Shown: positions 18,373 to 28,002 of the stretch, piece by piece | How the letters are laid out: each line of letters begins with the position of its first letter | Position numbering within the stretch: the stretch's first letter is position 1 | DNA from: Pseudolabrys sp. | GTDB taxonomy: Bacteria > Pseudomonadota > Alphaproteobacteria > Rhizobiales > Xanthobacteraceae | Direction: 5' to 3' | DNA: 54,756 nucleotides | NCBI GenBank assembly: GCA_043734185.1 | Contig: JAYTFS010000296.1 | Coordinates: 1 to 54,756 of the forward strand | Notes under the pieces: generated by a model | Database searches by the model: none | What the model was told of the DNA's origin: nothing | The model's input: the letters and a program-made list of their open reading frames with translations, nothing else | Made by a program: the position numbers and the translations under genes

Positions 18373-19740
18373 ATGATTCGTATCGGCGCCATCTTCATCG
18401 CGATCTGCATGGTGCTTATCGCCGGCTCGATCGGCGCTGGGCTCTATCTAGGCTTCAAGGTCGATGCGATGACCGCGGGGCTGGTGGCGCTGGCCGCCCT
18501 CACCGGCATGGCGCTCTATAACGCCGTCAGCAGCCGGCTGCGCGACCGCGGCGACCTCGGCGACCAGATCGCGGATCTGTCGCGCGGCACCGGCGACCTC
18601 GCCCGCCAGGTGGCGGAGATTTCGCGCCGCCTCAACACCATGGAAAAAAAGGTCGACAACGTCGTCAACCGCGCGCGCGGCGCCAGCGACCCGATGGCGG
18701 CCGAGATCGGCGAGCTGGGCGGGCTGGTGCGCCAGATCGCCGAAACCGTCGCCGGCCACGAAGCGATACTGCAAAACGAGGGCGTCATGCCGGCACGCAC
18801 GCTGGCACCGGCGCCGAAAGTCGACGCTTTGGCGGCGGGCACTACCGAGGGTCCGCTGGCCTTGAGCGAGAGCGACGCCATCACCGGCGCGCGGCGCTTC
18901 AAGGGCATGAGTCGCGAGGGTATCGGCGAATTGATCGGCCAGGCGGCCGATGCCAACCGCATTGATCTCTATCTGCAGCCGATCGTCACGCTCCCGCAGC
19001 GCAAGGTGCGCTTCTACGAGGCGCTGTCGCGGCTACGCACCGAGGAAGGCGACATCATTCCGGCCGGCGAGTTCATTGAATATGCCGAAGCCGTCGGCCT
19101 GATGCCAAAGATCGACAACATGCTGGTGTTCCGCTGCGTGCAGGTGACGCGCCGCCTGCAGCTGAAAAACCGCGACGTCGGCCTGTTCTGCAACATGAGC
19201 GCCTCGACGCTGACCGATACGGTCCACTTCAAGCAGATCCTCGATTTCATGGACGCCAACCGCGCGCTCGCCGGCGCCATCATGTTTGAATTCACGCAGG
19301 CCGCCTATCGCGCCTTCGATTCCGTCGCGCATGAAAATCTGTCGGCGCTGGCCGAGCGCGGCTTCCGCTTCTCGATGGATCACGTCACCGATTTGCGCAT
19401 GGTGCCAAAGGAACTGGCCGACCGCTCGTTCCGTTTCCTGAAAGTGCCAGCCAAATTGTTGCTCAACAAGGCCGCCAACGCCCAGAGCGACATTCACCCC
19501 GAGGATCTTGCCGATCTGTTGGCGCGCTCCGGCATCGATCTGATCGCCGAGCGCATCGAGAACGAGAGCATGGTGGTCGACCTGCTCGAATATGACGTGC
19601 GCTTCGGGCAGGGGTTCCTGTTCTCGGCGCCGCGGCCGGTGCGGCCGGAAGCCCTCAACGCGGCGGGCACCGAGGCAGCGCCGTCTGTCCCGGGCGACGC
19701 CGCAAGCGAACTTGTCGCGGCCGGCGCAACGCCTGCCTGA
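18373..19740 (+). CDS. TipF-like membrane-anchored EAL-domain protein
   Basis: Two N-terminal TMs, coiled coil, LQPIV...YEALSRL, GQGFLF; degenerate loop 6 (SMDHV). Confidence 0.88.
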   Translation: MIRIGAIFIAICMVLIAGSIGAGLYLGFKVDAMTAGLVALAALTGMALYNAVSSRLRDRGDLGDQIADLSRGTGDLARQVAEISRRLNTMEKKVDNVVNRARGASDPMAAEIGELGGLVRQIAETVAGHEAILQNEGVMPARTLAPAPKVDALAAGTTEGPLALSESDAITGARRFKGMSREGIGELIGQAADANRIDLYLQPIVTLPQRKVRFYEALSRLRTEEGDIIPAGEFIEYAEAVGLMPKIDNMLVFRCVQVTRRLQLKNRDVGLFCNMSASTLTDTVHFKQILDFMDANRALAGAIMFEFTQAAYRAFDSVAHENLSALAERGFRFSMDHVTDLRMVPKELADRSFRFLKVPAKLLLNKAANAQSDIHPEDLADLLARSGIDLIAERIENESMVVDLLEYDVRFGQGFLFSAPRPVRPEALNAAGTEAAPSVPGDAASELVAAGATPA

Positions 19741-19748
19741 TTAATGCC

Positions 19749-20579
19749 TTGCCGCCCCTGATCCCGCATTTCTCGACGCTCGCGCCCGGTTACGGCGTGC
19801 TGCTCTGCGACGTCTGGGGCGTGGTGCATAATGGCGTTGCGGCTTTCCCCGACGCCTGCGACGCGCTGATGCGCGCGCGCGACGGCGGCGCCAAGGTGGT
19901 GTTCATCACCAACGCGCCGCGTCCGAGCGAGGTGGTGGCGCGCCAGCTCGCGGCGCTCCATGTGCCGCGCGAGACTTATGACGCCATCGTTTCGTCCGGC
20001 AATGTCACGCGCGGCGAAATCGAAAAGCGTCCGGGCCAGAGCCTGTTCCACATGGGTCCCGATCGCGACCGCGAAATCTACAGCGGGCTCGATGTGCGCT
20101 TCGCCCCGCTGGAGCGCGCCGACTATGTCGTCTGTTCCGGCCTCGACGATGACGACAGCGAGACGCCGGACGATTACCGCGCCAGGCTGGAGACTATGCG
20201 GGCACGCAATCTGTTCATGCTGTGCGGCAATCCGGATGCGGTGGTCCATCGCGGCGACAAACTGGTCTATTGCGCGGGCTCGGTCGCAGATCTTTACACC
20301 AGCATGGGCGGCGAGGTGCTCTATGCCGGCAAGCCATACCGGCCGATCTATGAAATGGCTTTGGCGAAGGCGGAAGCGTCAGCCGGCCGTCAAATCCCGC
20401 TCAGCCAAGTGCTGGCGATCGGCGATTCCGTGCGCACTGATTTCGCCGGCGCGCAGGCCTTCGGCGTCGATTTCCTGTTCGTGACATCGGGGATTCATGC
20501 CGCCGAGCTGGGTGCCGGCAAAGGCGTGTTCGGCGAGGGCTGGCTGCCCACCGCGATGATGCAAAAGCTGGCGTGGTGA
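19749..20579 (+). CDS. HAD-superfamily IIA hydrolase (TIGR01459-like)
   Basis: CDVWGVVHNG, ITNAPR, NPD, GKPYRPIY, IGDSVRTD motifs. Confidence 0.93.
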   Translation: MPPLIPHFSTLAPGYGVLLCDVWGVVHNGVAAFPDACDALMRARDGGAKVVFITNAPRPSEVVARQLAALHVPRETYDAIVSSGNVTRGEIEKRPGQSLFHMGPDRDREIYSGLDVRFAPLERADYVVCSGLDDDDSETPDDYRARLETMRARNLFMLCGNPDAVVHRGDKLVYCAGSVADLYTSMGGEVLYAGKPYRPIYEMALAKAEASAGRQIPLSQVLAIGDSVRTDFAGAQAFGVDFLFVTSGIHAAELGAGKGVFGEGWLPTAMMQKLAW

Positions 20580-20586
20580 AAGACGC

Positions 20587-20985
20587 TTACGCCGCGACTT
20601 CGGGCTCGTTGAAAACCGTCTCGATCTTGCTCTTGAGCGTCTGCGCGTTGAACGGCTTGACGATATAGTTCGACACGCCGGCCTTCTTGGCCGTGATCAC
20701 GTTCTCGGTCTTGGATTCCGCCGTCACCATGATGAAGGGCGTCTTGTACAGGCCGGGATCGGAGCGCACATGCTGCAACAAGTCGTAGCCGGTCATGCCT
20801 TCCATGTTCCAGTCGGAGATCACGAGGCCGTATTTGCGCTGCTGCATCTTGGCGAGCGCCGCCGATCCGTCGGACGCGTCGTCGATATGCTCGAAGCCAA
20901 GCTGCCTGAGCAGATTGCGAATGATGCGGACCATCGTGTTGTAGTCGTCCACGACCAGAACCGGCATCGACAAATCAACAGCCAT
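20587..20985 (-). CDS. cheY: CheY single-domain response regulator
   Basis: VLVVDD, ISDWNM, MVTAES, YIVKPF motifs. Confidence 0.93.
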   Translation of the reverse strand: MAVDLSMPVLVVDDYNTMVRIIRNLLRQLGFEHIDDASDGSAALAKMQQRKYGLVISDWNMEGMTGYDLLQHVRSDPGLYKTPFIMVTAESKTENVITAKKAGVSNYIVKPFNAQTLKSKIETVFNEPEVAA

Positions 20986-21041
20986 GACCATTTCGCCCAG
21001 ATGGCGCTCCTTCAGGAATAGTGCAACTTACCCTTGGCGGT

Positions 21042-21084
21042 TGAATAAGCCGTTAATTTGAAAGTTTGTTAACGGCGCGGTAAC
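21042..21084. promoter_or_regulatory. Cluster of putative CtrA boxes in the cheY/ribF divergent region
   Basis: TGAA-N7-TTAA (21042-21056) and TTGA-N7-TTAA-N7-GTAAC (21058-21084). Confidence 0.55.
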
Positions 21085-21150
21085 CGTATGAAATGCCCAA
21101 AAGGCCGTATGGCGTAAAAGTGAGCAATCCGTGACGAATATCTTTTTCGC

Positions 21151-22140
21151 ATGAACAGCCCCGGCAATTCGTCCAACTTCCATGTCGCGCATGACGGCGC
21201 AGCAGGAATCGATGTCGGCCCGCTATATGGCGCTGTCGTGGCAATCGGCAATTTTGACGGCGTGCATCGCGGCCACCGGGCTGTGATCGGGGCGGCCTTA
21301 TCGCGCGCGCAGGCGCTCGGCCGCAAGGCCGCGGCGCTGACTTTCTCGCCGCATCCACGGCTTTTCTTGCGGCCGCAGGATGCATTGTTTCAGCTTTCCA
21401 GCCCGCGCAACCGGCTGCGCCTTCTGGCGGCGACCGGGCTCGACGGCGCCATTGTCATGACGTTCGACGCGCAGCTTGCCGCGACTTCGGCGGAAGACTT
21501 TATCGAGCGCATTCTGGTCGGACGCTTCGGCATCGGCGGCGCGGCAATCGGATTCGATTTTCATTTCGGCCAGAACCGCGCCGGCTCGCCTGACTATCTT
21601 GCCCGGGTCGGCAGGCGGCTAAAATTCGCCGTCGACATCGTTCCGCCGCTGGAAGACGAGGGCAGGCCGGTGTCGTCCGGCGCGGTGCGCGAAGCGCTTA
21701 GCGCCGGCAAGGTGGTGGAAGCGGCCGAATTGCTCGGCGCGCCGTGGTTCGTCTCGGGTGAGGTCTTGCATGGCGAGAAGCGGGGCCGCGAGCTCGGCTT
21801 TCCCACCGCCAACCTGAAGCTCGACGGATCTTGTGGACTCAAGCATGGCATTTACGCGGTGCGCGTTTCCGTCGCCGGCAAGCGCCACGACGGCGTCGCC
21901 AGCTTCGGCGTGCGCCCGATGTTCGACGACGGCGCGCCATTGCTGGAAGTGTTTCTGTTCGACTTCGATGGCGACCTGTATGGCCAGGCGATCGACGTCG
22001 CCTTCATCGGATGGATTCGTCACGAGCAGAAATTCGCCACCATCGAAGCCCTCAAGCGCCACATGCTGGCCGACGCCAGCCAGGCCCGCGATTGCCTCAA
22101 GCGCGCCGGCAAGGCGTTTCCGGAGTTGCGGGAGATTTAG
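21151..22140 (+). CDS. ribF: Bifunctional riboflavin kinase/FAD synthetase
   Basis: [45 protein letters not shown] motifs. Confidence 0.98.
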   Translation: MNSPGNSSNFHVAHDGAAGIDVGPLYGAVVAIGNFDGVHRGHRAVIGAALSRAQALGRKAAALTFSPHPRLFLRPQDALFQLSSPRNRLRLLAATGLDGAIVMTFDAQLAATSAEDFIERILVGRFGIGGAAIGFDFHFGQNRAGSPDYLARVGRRLKFAVDIVPPLEDEGRPVSSGAVREALSAGKVVEAAELLGAPWFVSGEVLHGEKRGRELGFPTANLKLDGSCGLKHGIYAVRVSVAGKRHDGVASFGVRPMFDDGAPLLEVFLFDFDGDLYGQAIDVAFIGWIRHEQKFATIEALKRHMLADASQARDCLKRAGKAFPELREI

Positions 22141-22165
22141 CGACTCCGCAGACGGCACTCTCTCT

Positions 22166-22192
22166 TTCCCTCTCCCACAAGGGGAGAGGGAA
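22166..22192. repeat. REP-like hairpin between ribF and ileS
   Basis: TTCCCTCTCCC-ACAAG-GGGAGAGGGAA, 11-bp stem; resembles the CCCTCTCCC...GGGAGAGGG small repeats common in alphaproteobacteria. Confidence 0.7.
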
Positions 22193-22240
22193 GAAAACGC
22201 GGCCTTTCCGTTGCTGAATCCGCCTGCTACTAAGCGCCCC

Positions 22241-25237
22241 ATGTCCGACTCTCCATCCGAAAAGCGCGATTATTCCGAGACGCTGTTTCTGCCGCAGACG
22301 GATTTCCCGATGCGCGCCGGCCTGCCGCAGAAGGAGCCGGAAATCCTGGCGCGCTGGGAGAAGACCGGGCTCTACAAGCAATTGCGCGAGGCTGCCAAAG
22401 GCCGCGAGAAATTCATCCTGCATGACGGCCCGCCTTACGCCAACGGCAACATTCATATCGGCCACGCGCTCAACAAAATTCTCAAGGATGTCGTAACGCG
22501 CAGTCAGCAGATGCTCGGCTACGATTCGAATTACGTGCCGGGCTGGGACTGCCACGGCTTGCCGATCGAATGGAAGATCGAGGAGGAATACCGCGCCAAG
22601 GGCAAGAACAAGGACGCGGTGCCGGTGGTCGAATTCCGCAAGCAGTGCCGCGATTTCGCGCAACACTGGATCGAGGTGCAGAAGGCGGAATTCATGCGGC
22701 TCGGCGTCGAGGGCGACTGGGCGCATCCTTATACGACGATGGCGTTCTTCGCCGAGGCGCAGATCGCGCGCGAGCTGATGAAATTCGTCGCCAATAAATT
22801 GCTCTATCGCGGTTCAAAGCCGGTGAGGTGGAGCGTCATCGAAAAGACCGCGCTGGCCGAGGCCGAGGTCGAGTACGAAGATTATACGAGCGATACGGTA
22901 TGGGTGAAGTTTCCGGTTTCGAATACAGAAGATCAGAAGTTAGCAAATGCGTCTGTCGTGATTTGGACCACTACGCCGTGGACACTGCCAGGCAATCGCG
23001 CAGTGACGTTTTCGGCGAAAATAAATTATGCCCTTTATCGAGTAACGGAAGCTCCGGCGGAAAATTGGGCGAAGGTTGGTGACCAGTTCATCTTGGCAGA
23101 AAAGCTCTCCGCCGAAGTATTTAAACAGGCGAAAGTGACGGCTTTCGAAAAAGTGGCTGCCGTTCCAGCGAAAGTGCTGGATCACATGACAGTTAAGCAC
23201 CCACTTCGCGGCAAAGGTTACGATTTCATAGTTCCTCTTCTAGACGGCGATCACGTTACCGACGAGGACGGTACCGGTTTTGTGCACACTGCACCTGGCC
23301 ATGGTCGCGACGACTTTGAAATTTGGATGAGTAAGAAGTCTTTGCTCGACGCTGCAAAAATCGAAACGGCAATTCCCTATACAGTCGATGAAAACGGCGC
23401 TTTGACCGCCCAAGCCCCGGGCTTCGAGGGCAAGCGCGTCATAAACGACAAGGGCGAAAAGGGCGACGCCAACGAGGCGGTGATCAAAGCGCTGCAAGCA
23501 GCCGGCAATATCATAGCGCGCTCGCGCCTCAAGCATCAATATCCGCACTCTTGGCGTTCGAAGAAGCCGATCATTTTCCGCAACACGCCGCAGTGGTTCA
23601 TTGCGATGGATAAGCCAATCACCGACGAACATATTCGTTGCTCACCCGATTCTGGCGTCGCCTCTTCAGACTCATTACGGAATAGGGCACTTAAGGCCAT
23701 CACAGTCACACGCTGGGTGCCAGCCGCCGGCCAGAACCGCATCACTGGCATGATCGAGAGCCGTCCCGACTGGGTGATCTCGCGCCAGCGCGCCTGGGGT
23801 GTGCCGATTGCCGTCTTCATCAAGGAAAAGCCCGAGGGCTCGGTCGACATTCTCGAAGACCCGGAAGTCAACGCGCGCATCGTCGAAGCCTTTGAAAGGG
23901 AGGGCGCCGACGCCTGGTATAAAGACGGCGCGCGCAAGCGCTTCCTCGGCAAGCTCGCCAATGACAGTTGGAAAAAGGTCGACGACATCTGCGACGTCTG
24001 GTTCGACTCCGGTTCGACGCACGCTTTCGTGCTGGAAGATCCCGTGCATTTCCCGCAACTCGCCGGCATCAAGCGCAAGGTCGATGGCGGCAAGGACACC
24101 TTGATGTATCTGGAAGGCAGCGACCAGCATCGCGGCTGGTTTCATTCCTCGCTGCTGGAAAGTTGCGGCACGCGCGGACGCGCCCCCTATGACGTGGTGC
24201 TTACGCACGGCTTCGTGCTCGACGAGCAGGGCCGCAAGATGTCGAAGTCGTTCGGCAACGTCACCGCGCCGCAGGACGTGATCAAGCAGTCCGGCGCCGA
24301 TATCCTGCGCATGTGGGTCTGCGCGTCGGATTACGCCGACGATCTGCGCATCGGGCCGGAAATTCTCAAGTCGACCGCCGACACCTATCGCAAGCTGCGC
24401 AATACCATCCGCTGGATGCTCGGCACGCTGGCGCATTTCCACGAGGAAGACCGCGTCAAGTTCGAGAAGATGCCGGAGCTGGAGCGGCTGATGCTGCACC
24501 GGCTGACCGAGCTCGATGAGGTGGTGAAGCAGGCTTACAAGGATTTCGACTACAAGCGCATCTTCGCCGCGCTCTCGGCCTTCATGACGTCGGATCTGTC
24601 GGCGTTCTATTTCGATATCCGCAAGGACACGCTCTATTGCGATCCGATTTCGTCGGTCAACCGCAAGGCCTGCCTCACGGTGGTCGATCATCTGTTCCGC
24701 ACCACGGTCATCTGGCTCGCGCCGATACTATGCTTCACCACGGAAGAGTCATGGGCCTCGCGCTATGGCGCGGATGCGGCCTCCGTTCATCTTGAAACTT
24801 TTCCCGACGTGCCGGCTTCGTGGCGCGACGACAAGTTGGCGGAAAAGTGGCGCAAGATTCGCATTGTGCGCCGCGTCGTAACCGGCGCGATCGAGATCGA
24901 GCGCGCCCAAAAACGCATCGGCTCTTCGCTCGAGGCGCACCCGGTTGTTCTGGTGACAGAAGAAGAATTGTTCGCGGCGGTAGTAGACGTAGATCTCACC
25001 GAAATCTGCATCACGTCCGGGGCGACGTTGGTGCGTTCGGGCAGCTCTGAAGGAGCCTTCACGCTGCCGGATGTCGCGGGCGTCGCGGTGAAAATCAATC
25101 TCGCCGAAGGCACCAAGTGCGCGAGATCGTGGAAAATCCTCACCAATATCGGCGCCGATCCCGATTATCCAGATGTTTCGCCGCGCGACGCCAAGGCGTT
25201 GCGCGAATGGGAAACCATGCGCAAGATCGCGGAGTAA
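22241..25237 (+). CDS. ileS: Isoleucyl-tRNA synthetase (bacterial type 1)
   Basis: [66 protein letters not shown]; true start ATG 22241. Confidence 0.98.
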   Translation: MSDSPSEKRDYSETLFLPQTDFPMRAGLPQKEPEILARWEKTGLYKQLREAAKGREKFILHDGPPYANGNIHIGHALNKILKDVVTRSQQMLGYDSNYVPGWDCHGLPIEWKIEEEYRAKGKNKDAVPVVEFRKQCRDFAQHWIEVQKAEFMRLGVEGDWAHPYTTMAFFAEAQIARELMKFVANKLLYRGSKPVRWSVIEKTALAEAEVEYEDYTSDTVWVKFPVSNTEDQKLANASVVIWTTTPWTLPGNRAVTFSAKINYALYRVTEAPAENWAKVGDQFILAEKLSAEVFKQAKVTAFEKVAAVPAKVLDHMTVKHPLRGKGYDFIVPLLDGDHVTDEDGTGFVHTAPGHGRDDFEIWMSKKSLLDAAKIETAIPYTVDENGALTAQAPGFEGKRVINDKGEKGDANEAVIKALQAAGNIIARSRLKHQYPHSWRSKKPIIFRNTPQWFIAMDKPITDEHIRCSPDSGVASSDSLRNRALKAITVTRWVPAAGQNRITGMIESRPDWVISRQRAWGVPIAVFIKEKPEGSVDILEDPEVNARIVEAFEREGADAWYKDGARKRFLGKLANDSWKKVDDICDVWFDSGSTHAFVLEDPVHFPQLAGIKRKVDGGKDTLMYLEGSDQHRGWFHSSLLESCGTRGRAPYDVVLTHGFVLDEQGRKMSKSFGNVTAPQDVIKQSGADILRMWVCASDYADDLRIGPEILKSTADTYRKLRNTIRWMLGTLAHFHEEDRVKFEKMPELERLMLHRLTELDEVVKQAYKDFDYKRIFAALSAFMTSDLSAFYFDIRKDTLYCDPISSVNRKACLTVVDHLFRTTVIWLAPILCFTTEESWASRYGADAASVHLETFPDVPASWRDDKLAEKWRKIRIVRRVVTGAIEIERAQKRIGSSLEAHPVVLVTEEELFAAVVDVDLTEICITSGATLVRSGSSEGAFTLPDVAGVAVKINLAEGTKCARSWKILTNIGADPDYPDVSPRDAKALREWETMRKIAE

Positions 25238-25241
25238 AAAA

Positions 25242-25748
25242 TTGTCCTATCTGCGTGGCCCGCTTACACTTTTCGGCTTCAAGGCCGCGGTGATCGCGCT
25301 CATCCTCGATCAGGCGAGCAAACTTTATTTGTTGTTCGTGCGCGATCTTGCCGCCAATCCTTTGCGACTCGGTCCTTTTTTCGATTTCGTCCTCGCGCGC
25401 AATACCGGCATCAGTTACGGGCTTTTCCAGACCCAAAGCCCGCTCGGCCAATGGATACTGCTCGGCTTTAAGGTGCTTGCTGTGCTGGCGCTGTGGCTAT
25501 GGCTTGCCAATGCCCGCAACCGGCTAGCGGCGCTCTCGCTCGGCCTTATCATCGGCGGGGCGGTCGGCAACGGCATCGACCGGCTGGCTTATGGCTGGGT
25601 CGCCGATTTCGTGTTTTTTCACGTTTCTACGGCCAATTGGCGGTTCAACTGGTATGTTTTTAACCTAGCTGATGTAGCGATCGTTGCCGGGGTAATCGGC
25701 CTCCTGTATGAATCCCTGGTCGTGGACCGCGCCGCAAAAGCGCCCTGA
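25242..25748 (+). CDS. lspA: Lipoprotein signal peptidase II
   Basis: LDQASK, NTGISYG, GGAVGNGIDR, VADF, FNLADVAI motifs; TTG start after GGAG; follows ileS. Confidence 0.96.
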   Translation: MSYLRGPLTLFGFKAAVIALILDQASKLYLLFVRDLAANPLRLGPFFDFVLARNTGISYGLFQTQSPLGQWILLGFKVLAVLALWLWLANARNRLAALSLGLIIGGAVGNGIDRLAYGWVADFVFFHVSTANWRFNWYVFNLADVAIVAGVIGLLYESLVVDRAAKAP

Positions 25749-25822
25749 TCCATCGCAATAGTCTCCGATGGATCGCTGAAATTCCTCGGGAATTTAACGC
25801 GAAAATCCAAGGCAAAGACCGG

Positions 25823-26533
25823 ATGAGTTCCATGCGCCTGACGACGAAATTCACCGCCGGTGCCCTCAGTCTGATGCTGGGCGCCGCCGTGCTGGCTATT
25901 CCTTCGCCGGCGCGGGCGGAAGATGACGCGCCCCTCGACACCCGGATCTTTCGCAGCATCCTGGAAGGCATTGGCTTGCGCAAGGATGGCGAAGCAGGGA
26001 TCAATTACCAAGAGCGTGCGCCGCTGGTTATTCCGCCCGCGCGTGCTTTGCCGCCGCCGGAAAAATCCGACGCCGTGATCGCAAAAAATCCGGCCTGGCC
26101 GGTCGATCCGGATGTGAAACGCAAAAAAGAAGAATCCGCGCTTGAGCGCAAGAGAAACCCGAATATCGACCAGGGATTATACGACGCCGATCGCCCACTC
26201 CGGCCGGAAGAATTGTACCCCGGGCCGAAGCCGTCGCGGACCGCGCGCCGGGTCGAACCCGATGGTTACAAAGCGCCCGTCGACGGCTACGGCAGTCAAA
26301 TGTCTCCATCGGAACTGGGAGTCAAGACTGGCGGTTTCTTCCGCAACATGTTTGGCAAGAACGACGAAGAAGTTGGCAAATTCACAGGCGAACCGCCGCG
26401 CGCTTCTTTGACGGCGCCGCCTCCGGGCTACCAGACGCCATCACCCGATCAGCCTTACGGCACTGGCAAGGAAAGGCCGAAACAGCAGGGTCCGGTCGCT
26501 TACGACCAAGCGGTCGGCACCGGCGGTCGGTGA
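25823..26533 (+). CDS. Conserved hypothetical exported protein
   Basis: Signal peptide ending ARA; INYQERAPLVIPP, NPAWPVDPD and EPPRASLTAPPPGYQTP blocks. Confidence 0.8.
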   Translation: MSSMRLTTKFTAGALSLMLGAAVLAIPSPARAEDDAPLDTRIFRSILEGIGLRKDGEAGINYQERAPLVIPPARALPPPEKSDAVIAKNPAWPVDPDVKRKKEESALERKRNPNIDQGLYDADRPLRPEELYPGPKPSRTARRVEPDGYKAPVDGYGSQMSPSELGVKTGGFFRNMFGKNDEEVGKFTGEPPRASLTAPPPGYQTPSPDQPYGTGKERPKQQGPVAYDQAVGTGGR

Positions 26534-26619
26534 TGATCTATTCGCTTTAGCGGGGCGCGCTAGGCTATCGCCGGAATGGGCGAAAGCGTTTTTTACCGCC
26601 TTTGGCAGATTCGGGATTC

Positions 26620-28002
26620 ATGTCTTCGAAAATATCGGCATTGCAGCGGGGTCTTGTCGCCACCGCGATTGTGGCCTCCGTGACCGCCGCCGATCTGGCC
26701 TCAGCCGAGCCGGCTGGCTCAAAGATCGCCAATTTCAAGCTGCCGAACGGACTCGAAATGGTGGTCATCCCCGACCATCGCGCGCCGGTCGTCACGCACA
26801 TGATTTGGTACAAGGTCGGCGCCGCCGACGAGGCCCCGGGTAAATCGGGTCTGGCGCATTTCCTCGAACATCTGATGTTCAAGGGCACCGCGAAAAACCC
26901 GACCGGACTTTTCTCGCGCGTCGTCGCCACGCTGGGCGGCCAGGAAAACGCTTTCACCTCCCACGACTACACCGGCTATTACCAGCGCGTGCCGACCGAG
27001 AAACTCAAGACCGTGATGGAGTTCGAGGCCGATCGCATGACTGGCTTGCAGCTCACCGACGACGTGGTATTGCCCGAGCGCCAGGTCATCCTCGAGGAAC
27101 GCAATCAGCGGATGGAGAATAATCCGCAGGCACGGCTTGGCGAGCAGATCGACGCCGCGCTCTATCTCAATCATCCCTATGGCAAGCCGGTGATCGGCTG
27201 GCGCCATGAAATGGAAGGGCTTAGCCGCGACGACGCAATCGCCTTTTATCGTCGTTTTTACGCGCCGAATGGCGCCGTGGTGGTGATCGCAGGCGACGTC
27301 GAACCCGAGCAGGCGCGCAAGTTCGCGGAAGAAACGTACGGCAAGCTCAAGAGCAACAACATCATTGTGAAGCGTGAGCGGCCGCAGGATCCGCCGCCGG
27401 CCGCGGCACGCTCGCTCACGCTCGCCGATGCGCGCGTCGAGCAGCCGACGATGCAGCGGGCCTATCTGACGCCATCCTTCGCCACCGCAAAGCCGGGCGA
27501 ATCGGAAGCGCTGGAAGTGCTCGCGCATATTCTAGGGTCCGGCTCGAACAGCCGGCTTTACAGCGCACTGGTGGTGGACAAGCATGTCGCCGTGTCGGCG
27601 GGCGCCAATTACGACAGTTCCTCGCTCGACCCATCGAAATTCAGCGTCTATGGCACGCCAGGGCAAGGCTTCGCGCTGCCGCAACTCGAGGCCGACGTCG
27701 ACGCCGTTATCGCCGACGTGATCGCCAAAGGCGTAACGTCTGAAGAACTGGAGCGCGCCAAATCCCGGCTGGTCGCCGACGCCATATTCACCCAGGACAA
27801 TCAGGCCAGCATGGCGCGCTGGTACGGCGCCGCGTTGATGACCGGGTCCACCGTCGAGGACGTGCGGCGCTGGCCCGAGCGCATCAAGGCCGTCACCGTG
27901 ACGCAAGTGCAGGACGTCGCCCGCCAATGGCTCGACAAGCGGCGCTCGGTCACCGGCTATCTGATCAAGGATGTTGGCGCGCCGGCGGAGAAGCGTTCAT
28001 GA
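26620..28002 (+). CDS. M16 (pitrilysin-family) zinc peptidase, catalytic subunit
   Basis: Signal peptide; inverted zinc motif HFLEH; NAFTSHDYT. Confidence 0.95.
   Translation: MSSKISALQRGLVATAIVASVTAADLASAEPAGSKIANFKLPNGLEMVVIPDHRAPVVTHMIWYKVGAADEAPGKSGLAHFLEHLMFKGTAKNPTGLFSRVVATLGGQENAFTSHDYTGYYQRVPTEKLKTVMEFEADRMTGLQLTDDVVLPERQVILEERNQRMENNPQARLGEQIDAALYLNHPYGKPVIGWRHEMEGLSRDDAIAFYRRFYAPNGAVVVIAGDVEPEQARKFAEETYGKLKSNNIIVKRERPQDPPPAAARSLTLADARVEQPTMQRAYLTPSFATAKPGESEALEVLAHILGSGSNSRLYSALVVDKHVAVSAGANYDSSSLDPSKFSVYGTPGQGFALPQLEADVDAVIADVIAKGVTSEELERAKSRLVADAIFTQDNQASMARWYGAALMTGSTVEDVRRWPERIKAVTVTQVQDVARQWLDKRRSVTGYLIKDVGAPAEKRS

Noticed and set aside
21833-22240. 136-aa N-terminal extension of IleRS, or a ribF-ileS frameshift fusion
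   Set aside because: It is an off-frame overlap with ribF in GC-rich DNA; ribF is complete with its own stop and IleRS homology starts near 22241
22880-23720. Intein or intron in ileS
   Set aside because: The low-GC block encodes normal editing-domain motifs, with no intein termini, homing endonuclease or frame break
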